DNA of 64,000 nt from an uncultured Chloroflexia bacterium. Its GTDB lineage: Bacteria; Chloroflexota; Limnocylindria; QHBO01. The stretch is from NCBI GenBank assembly GCA_963783725.1, contig CAWAOJ010000002.1, positions 340,469 to 404,468 of the forward strand. Direction: 5' to 3'. Each line of letters starts with the position of its first letter. The stretch's first letter is position 1. Both the position numbers and the translations under genes were made by a program. Below, piece after piece: positions 19,752 to 29,441 of this stretch. Under the pieces are notes generated by a model. It ran no database searches. It saw only the letters and a list, made by a program, of their open reading frames with translations, and was not told where the DNA came from.

Positions 19752-21068
19752 CTACTGGGCCGCGTACGCATCGGTCTGGGACTTGTCGAGGCTCGCCAGC
19801 AGCGAATCGAGCTGATCCGGATGCTGGGTGTAGGTGACCGTCGCCTTCCAGAAGGCGTCGTTCATGGCGGTCGGCATCAGGTCGGAGGCGTCGAAGACGA
19901 ATGTCTTCGCGCTCGTCAGCAGCTCAGCGGAGCGCTTGCTGATGTCGTCGGGATAGTTCGTCACCTTCTTGTTGGCCGATAGCGCGCCGCCGATGCCAAC
20001 CCAGATGCTCTGCGCCTCCGGCGTGACGAGGTACTTGATCAGGGCCTTGGCCTGCGGCGTGTCGTGGAACATGCCGAACAGGTCGCCGGCGCCTTCGACG
20101 GCACCGGAGTACTGCGAGTTGATGTCCGGGAAGGGGAAGAAGTCGTAGTCCGTGCCGGCCTTCTTGTCCTTGAACGCGCCGAGGCCGGTGATGAAGCTGG
20201 CCTGGTGCAGGAGCTGGCAGCCCGGAGGGCTCTTGAACAGCGGGTCGCCCGCGTTCGCGAAGTTGGTGCTCACGACGGTGTTCGCGCCGCCGTAGGACTT
20301 GGCGACGACCTCACCGTAGGTCTGGAACGCCTGCTTGATCTCGGGAGAGGTCCACTTGAGCTTCCCGTTGTACCAGTCGGCGTACTTCTCGGGTCCGGCC
20401 TGGCGCAGGACGAGGTCCTCGATCCAGTCGGTGGCCGGCCAGCCGGATGCGGCGCCCGACTCGATGCCGAGGCACCACTGCGCGGCGGCCTTGGAGGCAT
20501 TTGCCTGCAGCGCGGCCTTGAGGTCATCCCACGTCTTCGGCGGCGTGCTGAAGTCGGTGACCTTCGGGTTGTACCACATCAGGCCCTTGATGGCGGACTT
20601 GATGAAAACGCCCACGACCTGGTTGTTGACCGTGCCCAGCTGAACCAGCGCCGGAGCGGTCTGGTCCTTGTAGCTCGCGATGTCCAGCACGTCGTCGAGC
20701 GGCTTCAGCGCGCCCGCCTGGGCGAACTGCTGCATCTGGCCCGGGCCCGGAAGGCCGGCGAGGTCGGGGAGGACGCCGGAGGCGACTCCCGTGGTGAGAA
20801 CCGTGTTCAGGTCGCGGGTACCGGTGTACTTGACCTTGACGCCGGTCTGGTCCTCGAACGGCTTGACCATCTGCAGGAAGGCCTTCTCCTCATCGCCACC
20901 CCAGGTGCCGATGACGGTGACCTCTCCGCCGATCTGCCCGCCGGCGGGCTGCGACGCTCCGCTGCCGCCGACGCTCGGGGCCGTGGTGCCGCCGGGGTTG
21001 TTCGAGCAGGCGCCGAGCACCAGCGCGAGCACCAGCGACGGTACCGCGAGACGTTGCCAACGTGTCAT
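19752..21068 (-). CDS. Carbohydrate ABC transporter substrate-binding lipoprotein
   Basis: Lipobox LVLGAC followed by a G/S/T-rich linker, then a family-1 SBP fold. GGAGGAAA SD lies before the ATG at 21068. Confidence 0.85.
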   Translation of the reverse strand: MTRWQRLAVPSLVLALVLGACSNNPGGTTAPSVGGSGASQPAGGQIGGEVTVIGTWGGDEEKAFLQMVKPFEDQTGVKVKYTGTRDLNTVLTTGVASGVLPDLAGLPGPGQMQQFAQAGALKPLDDVLDIASYKDQTAPALVQLGTVNNQVVGVFIKSAIKGLMWYNPKVTDFSTPPKTWDDLKAALQANASKAAAQWCLGIESGAASGWPATDWIEDLVLRQAGPEKYADWYNGKLKWTSPEIKQAFQTYGEVVAKSYGGANTVVSTNFANAGDPLFKSPPGCQLLHQASFITGLGAFKDKKAGTDYDFFPFPDINSQYSGAVEGAGDLFGMFHDTPQAKALIKYLVTPEAQSIWVGIGGALSANKKVTNYPDDISKRSAELLTSAKTFVFDASDLMPTAMNDAFWKATVTYTQHPDQLDSLLASLDKSQTDAYAAQ

Positions 21069-21129
21069 CCAGTTTCCTCCAATTGCCGCTTCGTATCTGA
21101 TGAACGTACGTGCGAAGGGCACGCACCGT

Positions 21130-22224
21130 TCAGCGAGTGACGAGACTCTTCTCGCTCTCGGGATCGAACATGTGGAGCTTGTCGACCGGAATCGCGAACT
21201 CGACCGATTCCCCGACGCTCACCTTGCGTGCCGACGGGACGAGCGCCACCACTTCGTGGCCCTCGGACTCGGCGTGGATCAGCTCCTCGTTGCCGAGGAA
21301 CTCGACGACGTCGACGCGTGCCGGGAAGCGGACCGCGTCCGAGCCCTGGCCGTTTGCCAGCTCGAGGTGCTCCGGTCGGAACCCGATCAGGAGGTTCGAG
21401 CCCTTGGGGCGGTCGGCCGCCGCGCGGGCCGCCGCGCCGCTGAGCATGAGCTTCGTCTCGCCCAGCATGAGGCTCTCGCCCTCGGTGTGAGTCGTCGCGA
21501 AGTTCATCGACGGAGAACCGATGAACCCGGCCACGAAGACGTTGGCCGGGTTCTCGTACAGCTCCTCTGGCGACCCCACCTGCTGCAGCAGGCCGTCCCG
21601 CATGACCGCGATGCGGTCGCCCATGGTCATGGCCTCGACCTGGTCGTGCGTCACGTAGATGGTGGTCGTGCCGAGGCGCTGGTGGAGGCGTGCGATGTTG
21701 GCGCGCGTCTCGACCCGAAGCTTGGCATCGAGGTTCGAGAGCGGCTCGTCCATCAGGAAGACCGATGGCTCGCGCACGATGGCGCGCCCGAGCGCGACGC
21801 GCTGGCGCTGGCCGCCGGAGAGCGCCTTCGGCTTGCGGTCGAGCAGCTTCTCGAGTCCCAGGATCCCGGCCGCCTCGTCGACCCGGCGCCGGATGTCCGC
21901 CTTGGGCGTCTTGCGCAGCTTGAGCCCGAAGGCGAGGTTGTCGAACACGCTCATGTGCGGGTAGAGCGCGTACGACTGGAAGACCATGGCGATGTCGCGG
22001 TCCTTGGGAGCCACGTCGTTGACGACCCGGTCGCCGATGCGGAGCGTGCCGTCGCTGATCTCCTCCAGGCCCGCGACGCAGCGCAGCGCCGTCGTCTTGC
22101 CACAGCCCGACGGGCCGACGAGGACGAGGAACTCGCCGTCCGCGATCTCGAGGTTCAGATCGTTCACCGCGATCACGTCGGCGCTGTAGCGCTTGGTGAG
22201 GTGGTCGAACGTCACGGTCGCCAT
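21130..22224 (-). CDS. Sugar ABC transporter ATP-binding protein (MalK/MsiK-like)
   Basis: GPSGCGKTT, LSGGQRQRVALGRA, FLMDEPLSNLD, plus a C-terminal TOBE/MalK regulatory domain. Confidence 0.9.
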   Translation of the reverse strand: MATVTFDHLTKRYSADVIAVNDLNLEIADGEFLVLVGPSGCGKTTALRCVAGLEEISDGTLRIGDRVVNDVAPKDRDIAMVFQSYALYPHMSVFDNLAFGLKLRKTPKADIRRRVDEAAGILGLEKLLDRKPKALSGGQRQRVALGRAIVREPSVFLMDEPLSNLDAKLRVETRANIARLHQRLGTTTIYVTHDQVEAMTMGDRIAVMRDGLLQQVGSPEELYENPANVFVAGFIGSPSMNFATTHTEGESLMLGETKLMLSGAAARAAADRPKGSNLLIGFRPEHLELANGQGSDAVRFPARVDVVEFLGNEELIHAESEGHEVVALVPSARKVSVGESVEFAIPVDKLHMFDPESEKSLVTR

Positions 22225-22338
22225 CGGTCTCCTCCTGGCCCTGCCTGGGGACCGGAACGCACCACTGCGTCCGGCGCGATCTCAATGGGAATGAAGCATC
22301 ATAGTACGCGACACAATGGCTTCTGCAACGAGATTTCC
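22225..22338. promoter_or_regulatory. Divergent intergenic region (relatively AT-rich) between the sugar ABC operon and the ParB-like operon
   Basis: This is the only locally AT-enriched stretch (…atgaagcatcatagtacgcgacacaatggcttctgcaacgagatttcc…) between divergent starts. Promoter function is inferred, not observed. Confidence 0.3.
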
Positions 22339-22893
22339 ATGCGTTTTCTCTCCAAACGGCTTCGCTCGCTGGGGGCGCCCAGCGTCCTCCCCTCGCTCTA
22401 CGACCTGTATCCGCACGCCGGCTCGGCCACGCGACGCAACCGAGGGCTGCAGATCGTGCCGGTCGACCGCATCATCGGCACCACGCGGCATCCGTCGCAG
22501 GTAACCGAGGACTTCCTGCCGCTCCCAGAGCTGCGCGGACAGAACTGGCGCGCCCGGTCGCAGCGCATCCGGCGCGCCATCGACACGCTGCAGATCCTGC
22601 CTCCGGTCGACCTGCTCAAGGTCGGCGACGACTACTTCGTCAGCGATGGCCACAACCGCGTCGCGGCCGCTCGGGCGGCCGGAATGGTGGGGATCGACGC
22701 CGACGTGACCGAGCTGGTGCTGCCGGGCGTGTCGGCCGATCCGGTGACGCCCTCGCTGCCGTCGGTGCTCAGCGACGCGCAGGCGCTGCGCCAGGCGGGG
22801 GAGGGACGTCGCTCGCGCACCGTCGTGCAGCGGCCCGAGAGTGACCAGCTGACGCGCGAGGGACTGCTCGACGCACGCGGCGAGGACGCATGA
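22339..22893 (+). CDS. ParB/sulfiredoxin-like N-terminal domain protein
   Basis: IVPVDRIIGT ... LKVGDDYFVSDGHNRVAAARAAGMVGIDADV resembles the ParB-N fold (ParB box with DGHNR in place of GERR). Alternative starts exist at 22285 and 22291. Confidence 0.55.
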   Translation: MRFLSKRLRSLGAPSVLPSLYDLYPHAGSATRRNRGLQIVPVDRIIGTTRHPSQVTEDFLPLPELRGQNWRARSQRIRRAIDTLQILPPVDLLKVGDDYFVSDGHNRVAAARAAGMVGIDADVTELVLPGVSADPVTPSLPSVLSDAQALRQAGEGRRSRTVVQRPESDQLTREGLLDARGEDA

Positions 22894-23579
22894 CGCTCCG
22901 GCTTCGCGTCGCCTGGCCGGATCGGCGGCTGTTCGAGGAGCGCGGCAACCGGCCGATCCGGATCCTGGCCGTGTCCGATGAGCCCGAGCAGGCGCTCGAG
23001 TCGCCCGCCACCCGCGACGGGCTGCGTCCGATCGACATGATCATCGGCTGCGGCGACCTGCGCGCCGATTACCTCGCCTTCGTCGCCGACGCGTTCCCCG
23101 AGGTGCCGCTGCTCTACGTTCGCGGGAACCACGACGCCGGGGAGGCGTGGCTCGACCGCGAGCGGACGAGCCTGCCGTCTCCGCTCAGCGACGGCCGGGT
23201 GCATCTCGAAGCCGGGCTGCGCATCGTGGGGTTCTCCGGATCGCCGGAATACAGCGAGCCCGACAGCCACGTCCAGGTCGGTGCGACGACCATGTGGTGG
23301 CGGTCGCTGGCCGCCTGGCTGCGGACGCTGGGCCGCAGGCCGCTGCTGGTCGTCACCCACGCGCCGCCGCGCGGCCTCAACGACGCGCGCGACGAGACCC
23401 ATCGCGGGTTCAGCGCCTTCGCCTGGCTGCTCGCTCGGCTTCGGCCTCCGCTCTGGCTTCACGGCCACACCGCGCTTGTGCGGCGCGGCCTCGACGCCAG
23501 ATGCCTCGTCCACGAGGGGACGCTGCTCTACAACTGCACCGGCGCGACGCTCGTCGAGCTCGTGCCGCCCGGCGGCTGA
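22890..23579 (+). CDS. Calcineurin-like metallophosphoesterase
   Basis: GDLRADY, VRGNHD, GFSGSPEY, VTHAPPRG and HGHTA, the canonical MPE metal-ligand motifs in the canonical order. Start overlaps the upstream stop (ATGA). Confidence 0.8.
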   Translation: MTLRLRVAWPDRRLFEERGNRPIRILAVSDEPEQALESPATRDGLRPIDMIIGCGDLRADYLAFVADAFPEVPLLYVRGNHDAGEAWLDRERTSLPSPLSDGRVHLEAGLRIVGFSGSPEYSEPDSHVQVGATTMWWRSLAAWLRTLGRRPLLVVTHAPPRGLNDARDETHRGFSAFAWLLARLRPPLWLHGHTALVRRGLDARCLVHEGTLLYNCTGATLVELVPPGG

Positions 23580-23582
23580 CGC

Positions 23583-24050
23583 GTGCTGCTCGCGCGCTAC
23601 GCTGCCGCCGCCGTCGCCGGATTCGCCGTGCTGCTGCTGGTCATGCTGCTCGTGCGCCCGATCATCTTCTCCATGGCGCCGGCGCGGACCGATGCCAACT
23701 ACGCCGTTGCCGCCGTCGCGGACGTCAGCGGGCGTCCGGCGGTCAGGGACGTGTTGCTGGCGGATCCTCACGGCCTGCGCGGCGAGCGCCCGCAGGGAAT
23801 CCACGCCGCCATTCGCGTCGTCGTCTCGTCTTTGCCGGGCGGTGCTGCGGCCGTGGTCAACGCCTACAGCACGGCCAACCCGTGCGAGGTCGAGGTGGTC
23901 GGGGATCGGCTGCGTGACTGCGCCGGGGCGGAGTGGACACTGCGCGGCGTGGCGTCGCGGTCGGGGCAGCCCGGGCTGCAGGTGTTTCCGACCGAGGTGC
24001 GCCAGGGCGCGGTGATCGCCGATTTCACCAGGCCGCTGCTCGCCCGCTGA
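23583..24050 (+). CDS. Hypothetical N-terminally anchored protein
   Basis: GTG start 4 nt after the MPE stop; one N-terminal TM helix (AVAGFAVLLLVMLLV). Confidence 0.5.
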   Translation: MLLARYAAAAVAGFAVLLLVMLLVRPIIFSMAPARTDANYAVAAVADVSGRPAVRDVLLADPHGLRGERPQGIHAAIRVVVSSLPGGAAAVVNAYSTANPCEVEVVGDRLRDCAGAEWTLRGVASRSGQPGLQVFPTEVRQGAVIADFTRPLLAR

Positions 24051-24107
24051 TTCCGGCACACGACGTGCGTCATCCAGGCGCACCACACCGAAGCGGAGGT
24101 ATGTGAC

Positions 24108-24377
24108 GTGCCCGTGGGACTCGATTGGCTGGGGTGGATCATCATCGGTCTGCTGGCCGGCGCCATCGCCGGCTGGTTCGTGCCCGGCCGCGAGCGGTAC
24201 GGCTGCCTCGGAACGACGTTGATCGGAATCGTCGGAGGCCTGCTCGGCGGCTGGCTGTGGACCGGGCCGCTCAACCAGGAACGCGCCGGCGGGTTCCTGG
24301 GGGCGTTGGTGCTCGCCATCGTCGGCTCGGTGATCGTCCTGTTCGTCATTCGTGCCGTCGCCGGGCGTCACGACTGA
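24108..24377 (+). CDS. GlsB/YeaQ/YmgE family stress-response membrane protein
   Basis: 89 aa; WIIIGLLAGAIAGW...TLIGIVGGLLGGWLW, the characteristic G-rich TM helices. Confidence 0.8.
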   Translation: MPVGLDWLGWIIIGLLAGAIAGWFVPGRERYGCLGTTLIGIVGGLLGGWLWTGPLNQERAGGFLGALVLAIVGSVIVLFVIRAVAGRHD

Positions 24378-24438
24378 GGCGCCGGCCATCGCGCCCGCGC
24401 CGCGACGCGCGCCGAAGAAATCGCACACAATCGGATAG

Positions 24439-26673
24439 GTGAGCCAGCCTTCGTCCGAGAAGCGTCCCGAGCCGGAGACGACGCAGCACGCCCCGTTGCC
24501 TGCCGACGACATCCTGCAGGTCGCCGACAGGTACTACATCCTCGCCACCTCGTCGCTGGCCGACGAGCAGGATCGCGTCCTGAAGCAGGACGAGACGTTT
24601 GCCGTCTTCGACCGATACGGCGACATCAAGCCCGTCGGCCTCGGTGAGGAGGGGATCTACCAGGCAGGAACCCGCTACCTGTCCGGGCTGATGCTGCGCA
24701 TCGCTCGCCAGCGCCCCATGCTGCTGAGCTCGACCATCCGCGAGGACAACGCGCTGCTCGCGGTCGACCTCACCAACCCCGATATTCGCGTCGACGACCG
24801 CGACGAGCTCGCGGTCCCGCGCGGGCTGCTTCATGTCGCGCGGACGGCGTTCCTGTGGGAAGGCGTGTGCCACGAGCGCATCGCGCTGCGCAACTACGCG
24901 CTGCACGAGATCAGCGTGCCGATCGAGCTCAGCTTCGAGGCGGACTTCGCCGATATCTTCGAGGTTCGGGGCGCGCGCCGCGAGCACCGCGGCACCACGC
25001 ATCCGCCGCAGCTGGTCGATGGGGGCGTCGACCTGCGCTACGACGGGCTCGACGGCCGCACCCGCTGCACGCGGATGCGCTTCGCGCCGGCACCGGACGA
25101 GCTCGATGGCACCCACGCGCGCTACCGCATCCACCTCGCCCCGCAGGCAGAGACCGCGATCGAGATCGGGATCGCGTGCGAGGAGCCCGCGCGACGCGCG
25201 CGGCCGGTGGCTCTCGACGAGTCGCCAGACCTCACCGCCGACGATCTCGCGCGCATCCGGGAGCGCGGTGCCGACATCCAGACGAGCAACGAGCAGTTCA
25301 ACGAGTGGCTGCGCCGCAGCGATGCAGACCTGGCGATGATGGCCACCCGCACGTCCCACGGCGAGTATCCGTACGCCGGGGTGCCGTGGTACAGCACGAT
25401 CTTCGGTCGCGACGGGATCATCACCGCGCTGGAATGCCTGTGGCTCGAGCCGGACGTCGCGCGCGACGTGCTGCGCGTCCTCGCCGCGTACCAGGGCGAC
25501 GTCATCGATCCCCAGCGCGACGAGGAGCCGGGGAAGATCGTGCACGAGATGCGCCAGGGCGAGATGGCCTCCCTCGGCGAGGTCCCGTTCGGCCGCTACT
25601 ACGGCACCGCCGACGCGACTCCGCTCTATCTCCTGCTCGCAGGCGCGTACTACCGGCGCACCGGCGACGTCGACTTCATGCGCCAGCTGTGGCCGAACGT
25701 CGAGCGCGCCATGGAGTGGGTCGAGACCTACGGCGATCCCGATGGCGACGGCTTCATCGAGTATCAGCGCCATCGCGGCAGCGGCCTCGCCAACCAGGGC
25801 TGGAAGGACTCCACCGACTCGGTCTTCCATGCCGACGGCGCGCTTGCCGAAGGCCCCATCGCGCTCAGCGAGATCCAGGGCTATGCCTTCGCCGCGCGTC
25901 GCGAGATCGCGGTCGTGGCGCGGGCACTCGGAAAGGACGACGTCGGAGACCGGCTCGAACGTGACGCGGAGCTCCTTCGCAACCGCTTCGAGGAGGCGTT
26001 CTGGCTGGAGGACCTCGGCACGTACGCCGAGGCGCTCGACGGCGACAAGCGGCCATGCCGGGTGCGGACCTCGAATCCCGGCCACTGCCTGTACACCGGC
26101 ATCGTGACGCCCGAGCGCGCGGCCCTCGTGGTCGGGCAGCTGCTCTCGCCGGAGGGATTCTCGGGATGGGGGATCCGAACCGTCGCCACCGGTGAATCGC
26201 GCTACAACCCCATGTCGTACCACGACGGCTCGGTGTGGCCGCACGACAACGCCATCATCGCCGCCGGGATGGCCCGATACGGGATGACTGAATCGGCCCT
26301 GCGCGTGCTGGAGAGCCTGTTCGACGCGAGCCTCTACATCGATCTGCGCCGGTTGCCCGAGCTGTTCTGCGGCTTCGCTCGCCGTCACGGCGAGGGGCCG
26401 ACGGCCTACCCGGTCGCCTGCTCGCCGCAGGCGTGGTCAGCCGGCGCGGTCTTCCTGCTTCTGCAGGCGTGCCTCGGCATGGAGATCGACGCGCCGCAGC
26501 GAACCGTCCGCTTCACCAACGCGCGCCTGCCGGACATGCTCGACGAGCTCTGGATCAGCGGCCTGCAGGTGGGCGACGCGTCGCTCGACATCGCGCTCCA
26601 GCGCCGCACCATCGATGTCGGCATCGATGTGCTGCGCAAGCAGGGCGAGGTCCGCGTCGTCGCGGTGAAGTAG
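24439..26673 (+). CDS. Glycogen debranching enzyme, amylo-alpha-1,6-glucosidase (GDE) type
   Basis: N-terminal GDE_N-like domain followed by a six-hairpin glycosidase region (GVPWYSTIFGRDGIIT, DSTDSVFHADG, GWGIRT). GTG start. Confidence 0.85.
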   Translation: MSQPSSEKRPEPETTQHAPLPADDILQVADRYYILATSSLADEQDRVLKQDETFAVFDRYGDIKPVGLGEEGIYQAGTRYLSGLMLRIARQRPMLLSSTIREDNALLAVDLTNPDIRVDDRDELAVPRGLLHVARTAFLWEGVCHERIALRNYALHEISVPIELSFEADFADIFEVRGARREHRGTTHPPQLVDGGVDLRYDGLDGRTRCTRMRFAPAPDELDGTHARYRIHLAPQAETAIEIGIACEEPARRARPVALDESPDLTADDLARIRERGADIQTSNEQFNEWLRRSDADLAMMATRTSHGEYPYAGVPWYSTIFGRDGIITALECLWLEPDVARDVLRVLAAYQGDVIDPQRDEEPGKIVHEMRQGEMASLGEVPFGRYYGTADATPLYLLLAGAYYRRTGDVDFMRQLWPNVERAMEWVETYGDPDGDGFIEYQRHRGSGLANQGWKDSTDSVFHADGALAEGPIALSEIQGYAFAARREIAVVARALGKDDVGDRLERDAELLRNRFEEAFWLEDLGTYAEALDGDKRPCRVRTSNPGHCLYTGIVTPERAALVVGQLLSPEGFSGWGIRTVATGESRYNPMSYHDGSVWPHDNAIIAAGMARYGMTESALRVLESLFDASLYIDLRRLPELFCGFARRHGEGPTAYPVACSPQAWSAGAVFLLLQACLGMEIDAPQRTVRFTNARLPDMLDELWISGLQVGDASLDIALQRRTIDVGIDVLRKQGEVRVVAVK

Positions 26674-26676
26674 CGG

Positions 26677-27186
26677 CTAGCGCAGCCTCCGCGCGGCCGC
26701 GGCCCGCTCGTCGCGCCGCTCCATCAGCCCGGCAAGGGCGCCGAGCGTGCTTCCGAAGACGAGGTGGCCGACGACCATCGTCAACGTCCGACCCGGCCGG
26801 TCGCGCGTCGCGGGAGGGAGGACGTCCAGCGCCGGCAGCCAGCCCTGGTAGCTCACGAGGTAGACCGCCACGCCGTATGCCGTGCCGAGCGCCGTCGAGA
26901 GCCACATGCGGCGCAGGCCGGACGTCGCGAGGCCGAACAGCGCACCGAGCGCCGCCCCGAAGCCGAAGTGCGCCGCGATCGCGAGAACGTCGCGCTGCTC
27001 CTCGGTCGGCTGCTCACCCGGCGGAAGCTCCGCGGAGGCGCGATCGGCGATCGCGCGCGGAGGGAGGCGGCCGGTGAGCCCCGCGCGGCGTGCCGCGAGC
27101 ATCAGCAGGCTCATCGCCGCCGTGGCGACCAGGCCGGCGCGCGCGCCGGTGATGGTGTCGTGCAGTCGTTTGCCGATGCCGGTCAC
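26677..27186 (-). CDS. DUF1440-like membrane protein
   Basis: Four hydrophobic helices with Gly-rich packing (AAHFGFGAALGALFG, VVGHLVFGSTLGALAG). Confidence 0.6.
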   Translation of the reverse strand: MTGIGKRLHDTITGARAGLVATAAMSLLMLAARRAGLTGRLPPRAIADRASAELPPGEQPTEEQRDVLAIAAHFGFGAALGALFGLATSGLRRMWLSTALGTAYGVAVYLVSYQGWLPALDVLPPATRDRPGRTLTMVVGHLVFGSTLGALAGLMERRDERAAAARRLR

Positions 27187-27668
27187 CGGCGGGCGGCCTG
27201 CTTCCTGCGCCCGGGCTTGCGCCTGGCGGAGCCATCGCCGTTGCTGCTGCCCTCGACTTCGTCCTTCAGCGCCTCCACCTCCCGCTTCTCCTCGCGAAGC
27301 TGCTCCTCGTCCTCGTCCTCGGCGCCGATGAACCTATTCCGTGCACTGTCGATGGCGCGAATGAGCTCGTCGAGCTTCAGCTGCGTCGCCTTCGAGTCTC
27401 GGTTCTGGGTGTTCTGGATGACGAACACCATGAGGAAGGTGACGATGGTGGTGCCGGTGTTGATGACCAGCTGCCACGTGTCGCTAAATCGGAACGCGGG
27501 CCCGGTGATTCCCCAGACGACGATGATGAGAAGCGCCGCCAGGAACGCCCAGGCGGAGCCGAGCGCCTCCGACACGCGGGTCGCCACTCGCGCGAACTGG
27601 GCGGTCACGCCGCCCGACTCAGCCTGCGTGGCCTCGTCGCGTGCCTGGCGAACGCGCTCGCCATGCAC
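27183..27668 (-). CDS. Low-affinity iron permease family (PF04120-like) membrane protein
   Basis: FRFSDTWQLVINTGTTIVTFLMVFVIQNTQNRDSKATQLKLDELI is the family hallmark, followed by an acidic coiled tail. Start is uncertain: GTG 27668 is chosen because ATG 27839 would overlap the divergent SRPBCC gene. Confidence 0.6.
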   Translation of the reverse strand: MHGERVRQARDEATQAESGGVTAQFARVATRVSEALGSAWAFLAALLIIVVWGITGPAFRFSDTWQLVINTGTTIVTFLMVFVIQNTQNRDSKATQLKLDELIRAIDSARNRFIGAEDEDEEQLREEKREVEALKDEVEGSSNGDGSARRKPGRRKQAARR

Positions 27669-27817
27669 GGCGGCACTTGCTCGCCTCTGTCGTTCCACGC
27701 GGACCGCCAAAGCACGGGCTGTGCCAGCGCTTGCTCGATGCCCTTCATCAGCACCCACGCTGGCGCGCCGCTTGCACCCCATCACATCCGGCGCAACCAA
27801 CCAACAGGAGGAACCAG

Positions 27818-28282
27818 ATGGCTCACGTCGAGCAGTCAATTGAAATCAATGTCCCGGTTCGGACGGCGTACGACCAGTGGACCCAGTTCGAATCCTTCCC
27901 GCAGTTCATGGAGGGCGTCGAGCGCGTCGTCCAGCAGGACGACACGCACCTGGTGTGGACCGCCGAGGTCGGCGGGACGGAGCGCACGTGGACCGCGGAG
28001 ATCACCCGCCAGGAGCCGGATCGGCTCATCGCGTGGCGGTCGGTCGAGGGCAAGCAGAACGACGGCCGGGTGATGTTCGACCCGATCGCGGCCGACAGCT
28101 GCCGGGTCACCGCCGAGTTCGACATCGACACCGAGGGCTTCAAGGAGTCGATCGGCGAGGCACTCGGCTTCGTGGATCGTCGCGTGAAGGGCGATCTCGA
28201 GCGCTTCAAGGAGTTCATCGAGGGCCGCGGCCAGCCCACCGGCGCGTGGCGGGGCGAGGTCGAGCAGGGCCAGCCGCGCTGA
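27818..28282 (+). CDS. SRPBCC (polyketide cyclase/dehydrase-like) family protein
   Basis: AGGAGG sits 6 nt before the ATG. IEINVPVRTAYDQWTQFESFPQFMEGV...WTAE..., the typical N-terminal helix-grip pattern. Confidence 0.75.
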   Translation: MAHVEQSIEINVPVRTAYDQWTQFESFPQFMEGVERVVQQDDTHLVWTAEVGGTERTWTAEITRQEPDRLIAWRSVEGKQNDGRVMFDPIAADSCRVTAEFDIDTEGFKESIGEALGFVDRRVKGDLERFKEFIEGRGQPTGAWRGEVEQGQPR

Positions 28283-28370
28283 GCCTGCCCAAGCCGCCCA
28301 ATCCCGACCGGCGGCCCGTGCCGCCGGTCGGCTCGAACGCGGCCCGCCGCATGCAGTGGGCGCAGCGAGA

Positions 28371-28778
28371 ATGACCGAGGACGAGCGAGCGCGCGCCGAA
28401 GAGGCCGCCGGGCGGCCTGATCGGCCCGTCGACCAGCGGTGGCCGCGCGGGATGCCGTACACCGTCTACTTCCCCGACGGGAATGGCGGCACCCGCGCGG
28501 CCGACCTCGAGCATCCCGCACCGTTGCCGCGCGTCGGCGACACCGTCGAATACATCAACGAGCGCGGCACGCGCGAGCGCTTCGTGGTGCGTGAGGTCGT
28601 CCATACCCTCCAGACGTCGGCGGCCGCCCGTCCATCGGTCCGCGACGAGGCCGACAACGCCGCGACATCCGTCGCACGACGAGAGGATCAGCCCGCGGAG
28701 CAGCCAGGCGACGGCGGGGAGCTGCGCGCCGGTCTGCCCAAGGTATTCCTCGACCCGGCCAGCAAGGAGCAGCCATGA
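28371..28778 (+). CDS. Hypothetical protein
   Basis: 135 aa with no recognised domain; translationally coupled to the next ORF (ATGA). Confidence 0.45.
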   Translation: MTEDERARAEEAAGRPDRPVDQRWPRGMPYTVYFPDGNGGTRAADLEHPAPLPRVGDTVEYINERGTRERFVVREVVHTLQTSAAARPSVRDEADNAATSVARREDQPAEQPGDGGELRAGLPKVFLDPASKEQP

Positions 28779-29275
28779 CCGAGCGACCAACGACCCACGA
28801 CGATCCGTCGCCGCAGCCATCCGACGTGCCGACCGCCCCGGCGGAGCCGATCCAGCGCGGTGAGGCGACGGGCGGCGCGCTCACTGGCGAGACCGGCGTC
28901 CTGACGCCGGAGAGCGATCCCGAGCCGCTGGTGACCGGGGAGCGGCGCGACGTCGAGGACGCGCTGCACCGAGCGGAGGCGGCTCAGCTGCGACACCCGC
29001 CCGCGAGCGGCGTGAACGACATGACGCGCGGCTCGGCCGGCTCGCTGTCAGGACCGATCCAGACCGCGGCGGACAGCGGGCTGAGCGGCCTGCAGGGTGA
29101 TGCCACGATGGGGTTCGCAGCCACTCCGTCCGCCGGCACCGCTGCAGGAGCCGGCGCCACCGAGCTCTCCGAGCTGGAGGGCGGATACGGCAGCGAGGAG
29201 GGCCAGTCAGCGACCGACCCGGCCTACCGACGCGACTCGCATCTTCCTCCGAGCAAGCCGGAGAAGGCCCGCTAG
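28775..29275 (+). CDS. Hypothetical low-complexity (G/T/A/E-rich) protein
   Basis: 166 aa, compositionally biased; ends 80 nt before tRNA-His. Confidence 0.4.
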   Translation: MTERPTTHDDPSPQPSDVPTAPAEPIQRGEATGGALTGETGVLTPESDPEPLVTGERRDVEDALHRAEAAQLRHPPASGVNDMTRGSAGSLSGPIQTAADSGLSGLQGDATMGFAATPSAGTAAGAGATELSELEGGYGSEEGQSATDPAYRRDSHLPPSKPEKAR

Positions 29276-29355
29276 GTGCCTGTGCGCCCAAGTTGACCGG
29301 GTCGGGCGAATCGGCGACCATACGCCGGCCGCGCTGCGTCCACGCGCGGCGTCGT

Positions 29356-29432
29356 GGTGGCCTTAGCTCAATAGGCAGAGCATCGGATTGTGGCTCCGAA
29401 GGTTAGGGGTTCGAGACCCCTAGGCCACCCCA
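29356..29432 (+). tRNA. tRNA-His (anticodon GTG) with genomically encoded G-1 and CCA
   Basis: Cloverleaf folded by hand. Acceptor GTGGCCT/AGGCCAC; D-arm GCTC-AATAGGCA-GAGC; anticodon stem TCGGA/TCCGA; loop TTGTGGC (GTG at 29390-29392); T-arm AGGGG-TTCGAGA-CCCCT. The extra 5' G pairs with discriminator C73 and is followed by CCA. Confidence 0.9.
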
Positions 29433-29441
29433 GGTTCCTCT

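Noticed and set aside
20064-22893. Plus-strand ORFs of 358 aa and 737 aa running antisense through the sugar ABC genes
   Set aside because: Only the last roughly 185 codons (22339-22893) look like a real ParB-like protein. The remainder is antisense to the MalK-like and SBP genes.
22632-26388. 626-aa and 680-aa minus-strand ORFs antisense to the phosphoesterase and debranching-enzyme genes
   Set aside because: Antisense artefacts; the sense genes carry canonical motifs.
29356-29432. tRNA-His as an integration site for a genomic island covering the downstream kimA/kdpDE/cyclase region
   Set aside because: No integrase, no recognisable direct repeat of the tRNA 3' end and no compositional shift were seen downstream.
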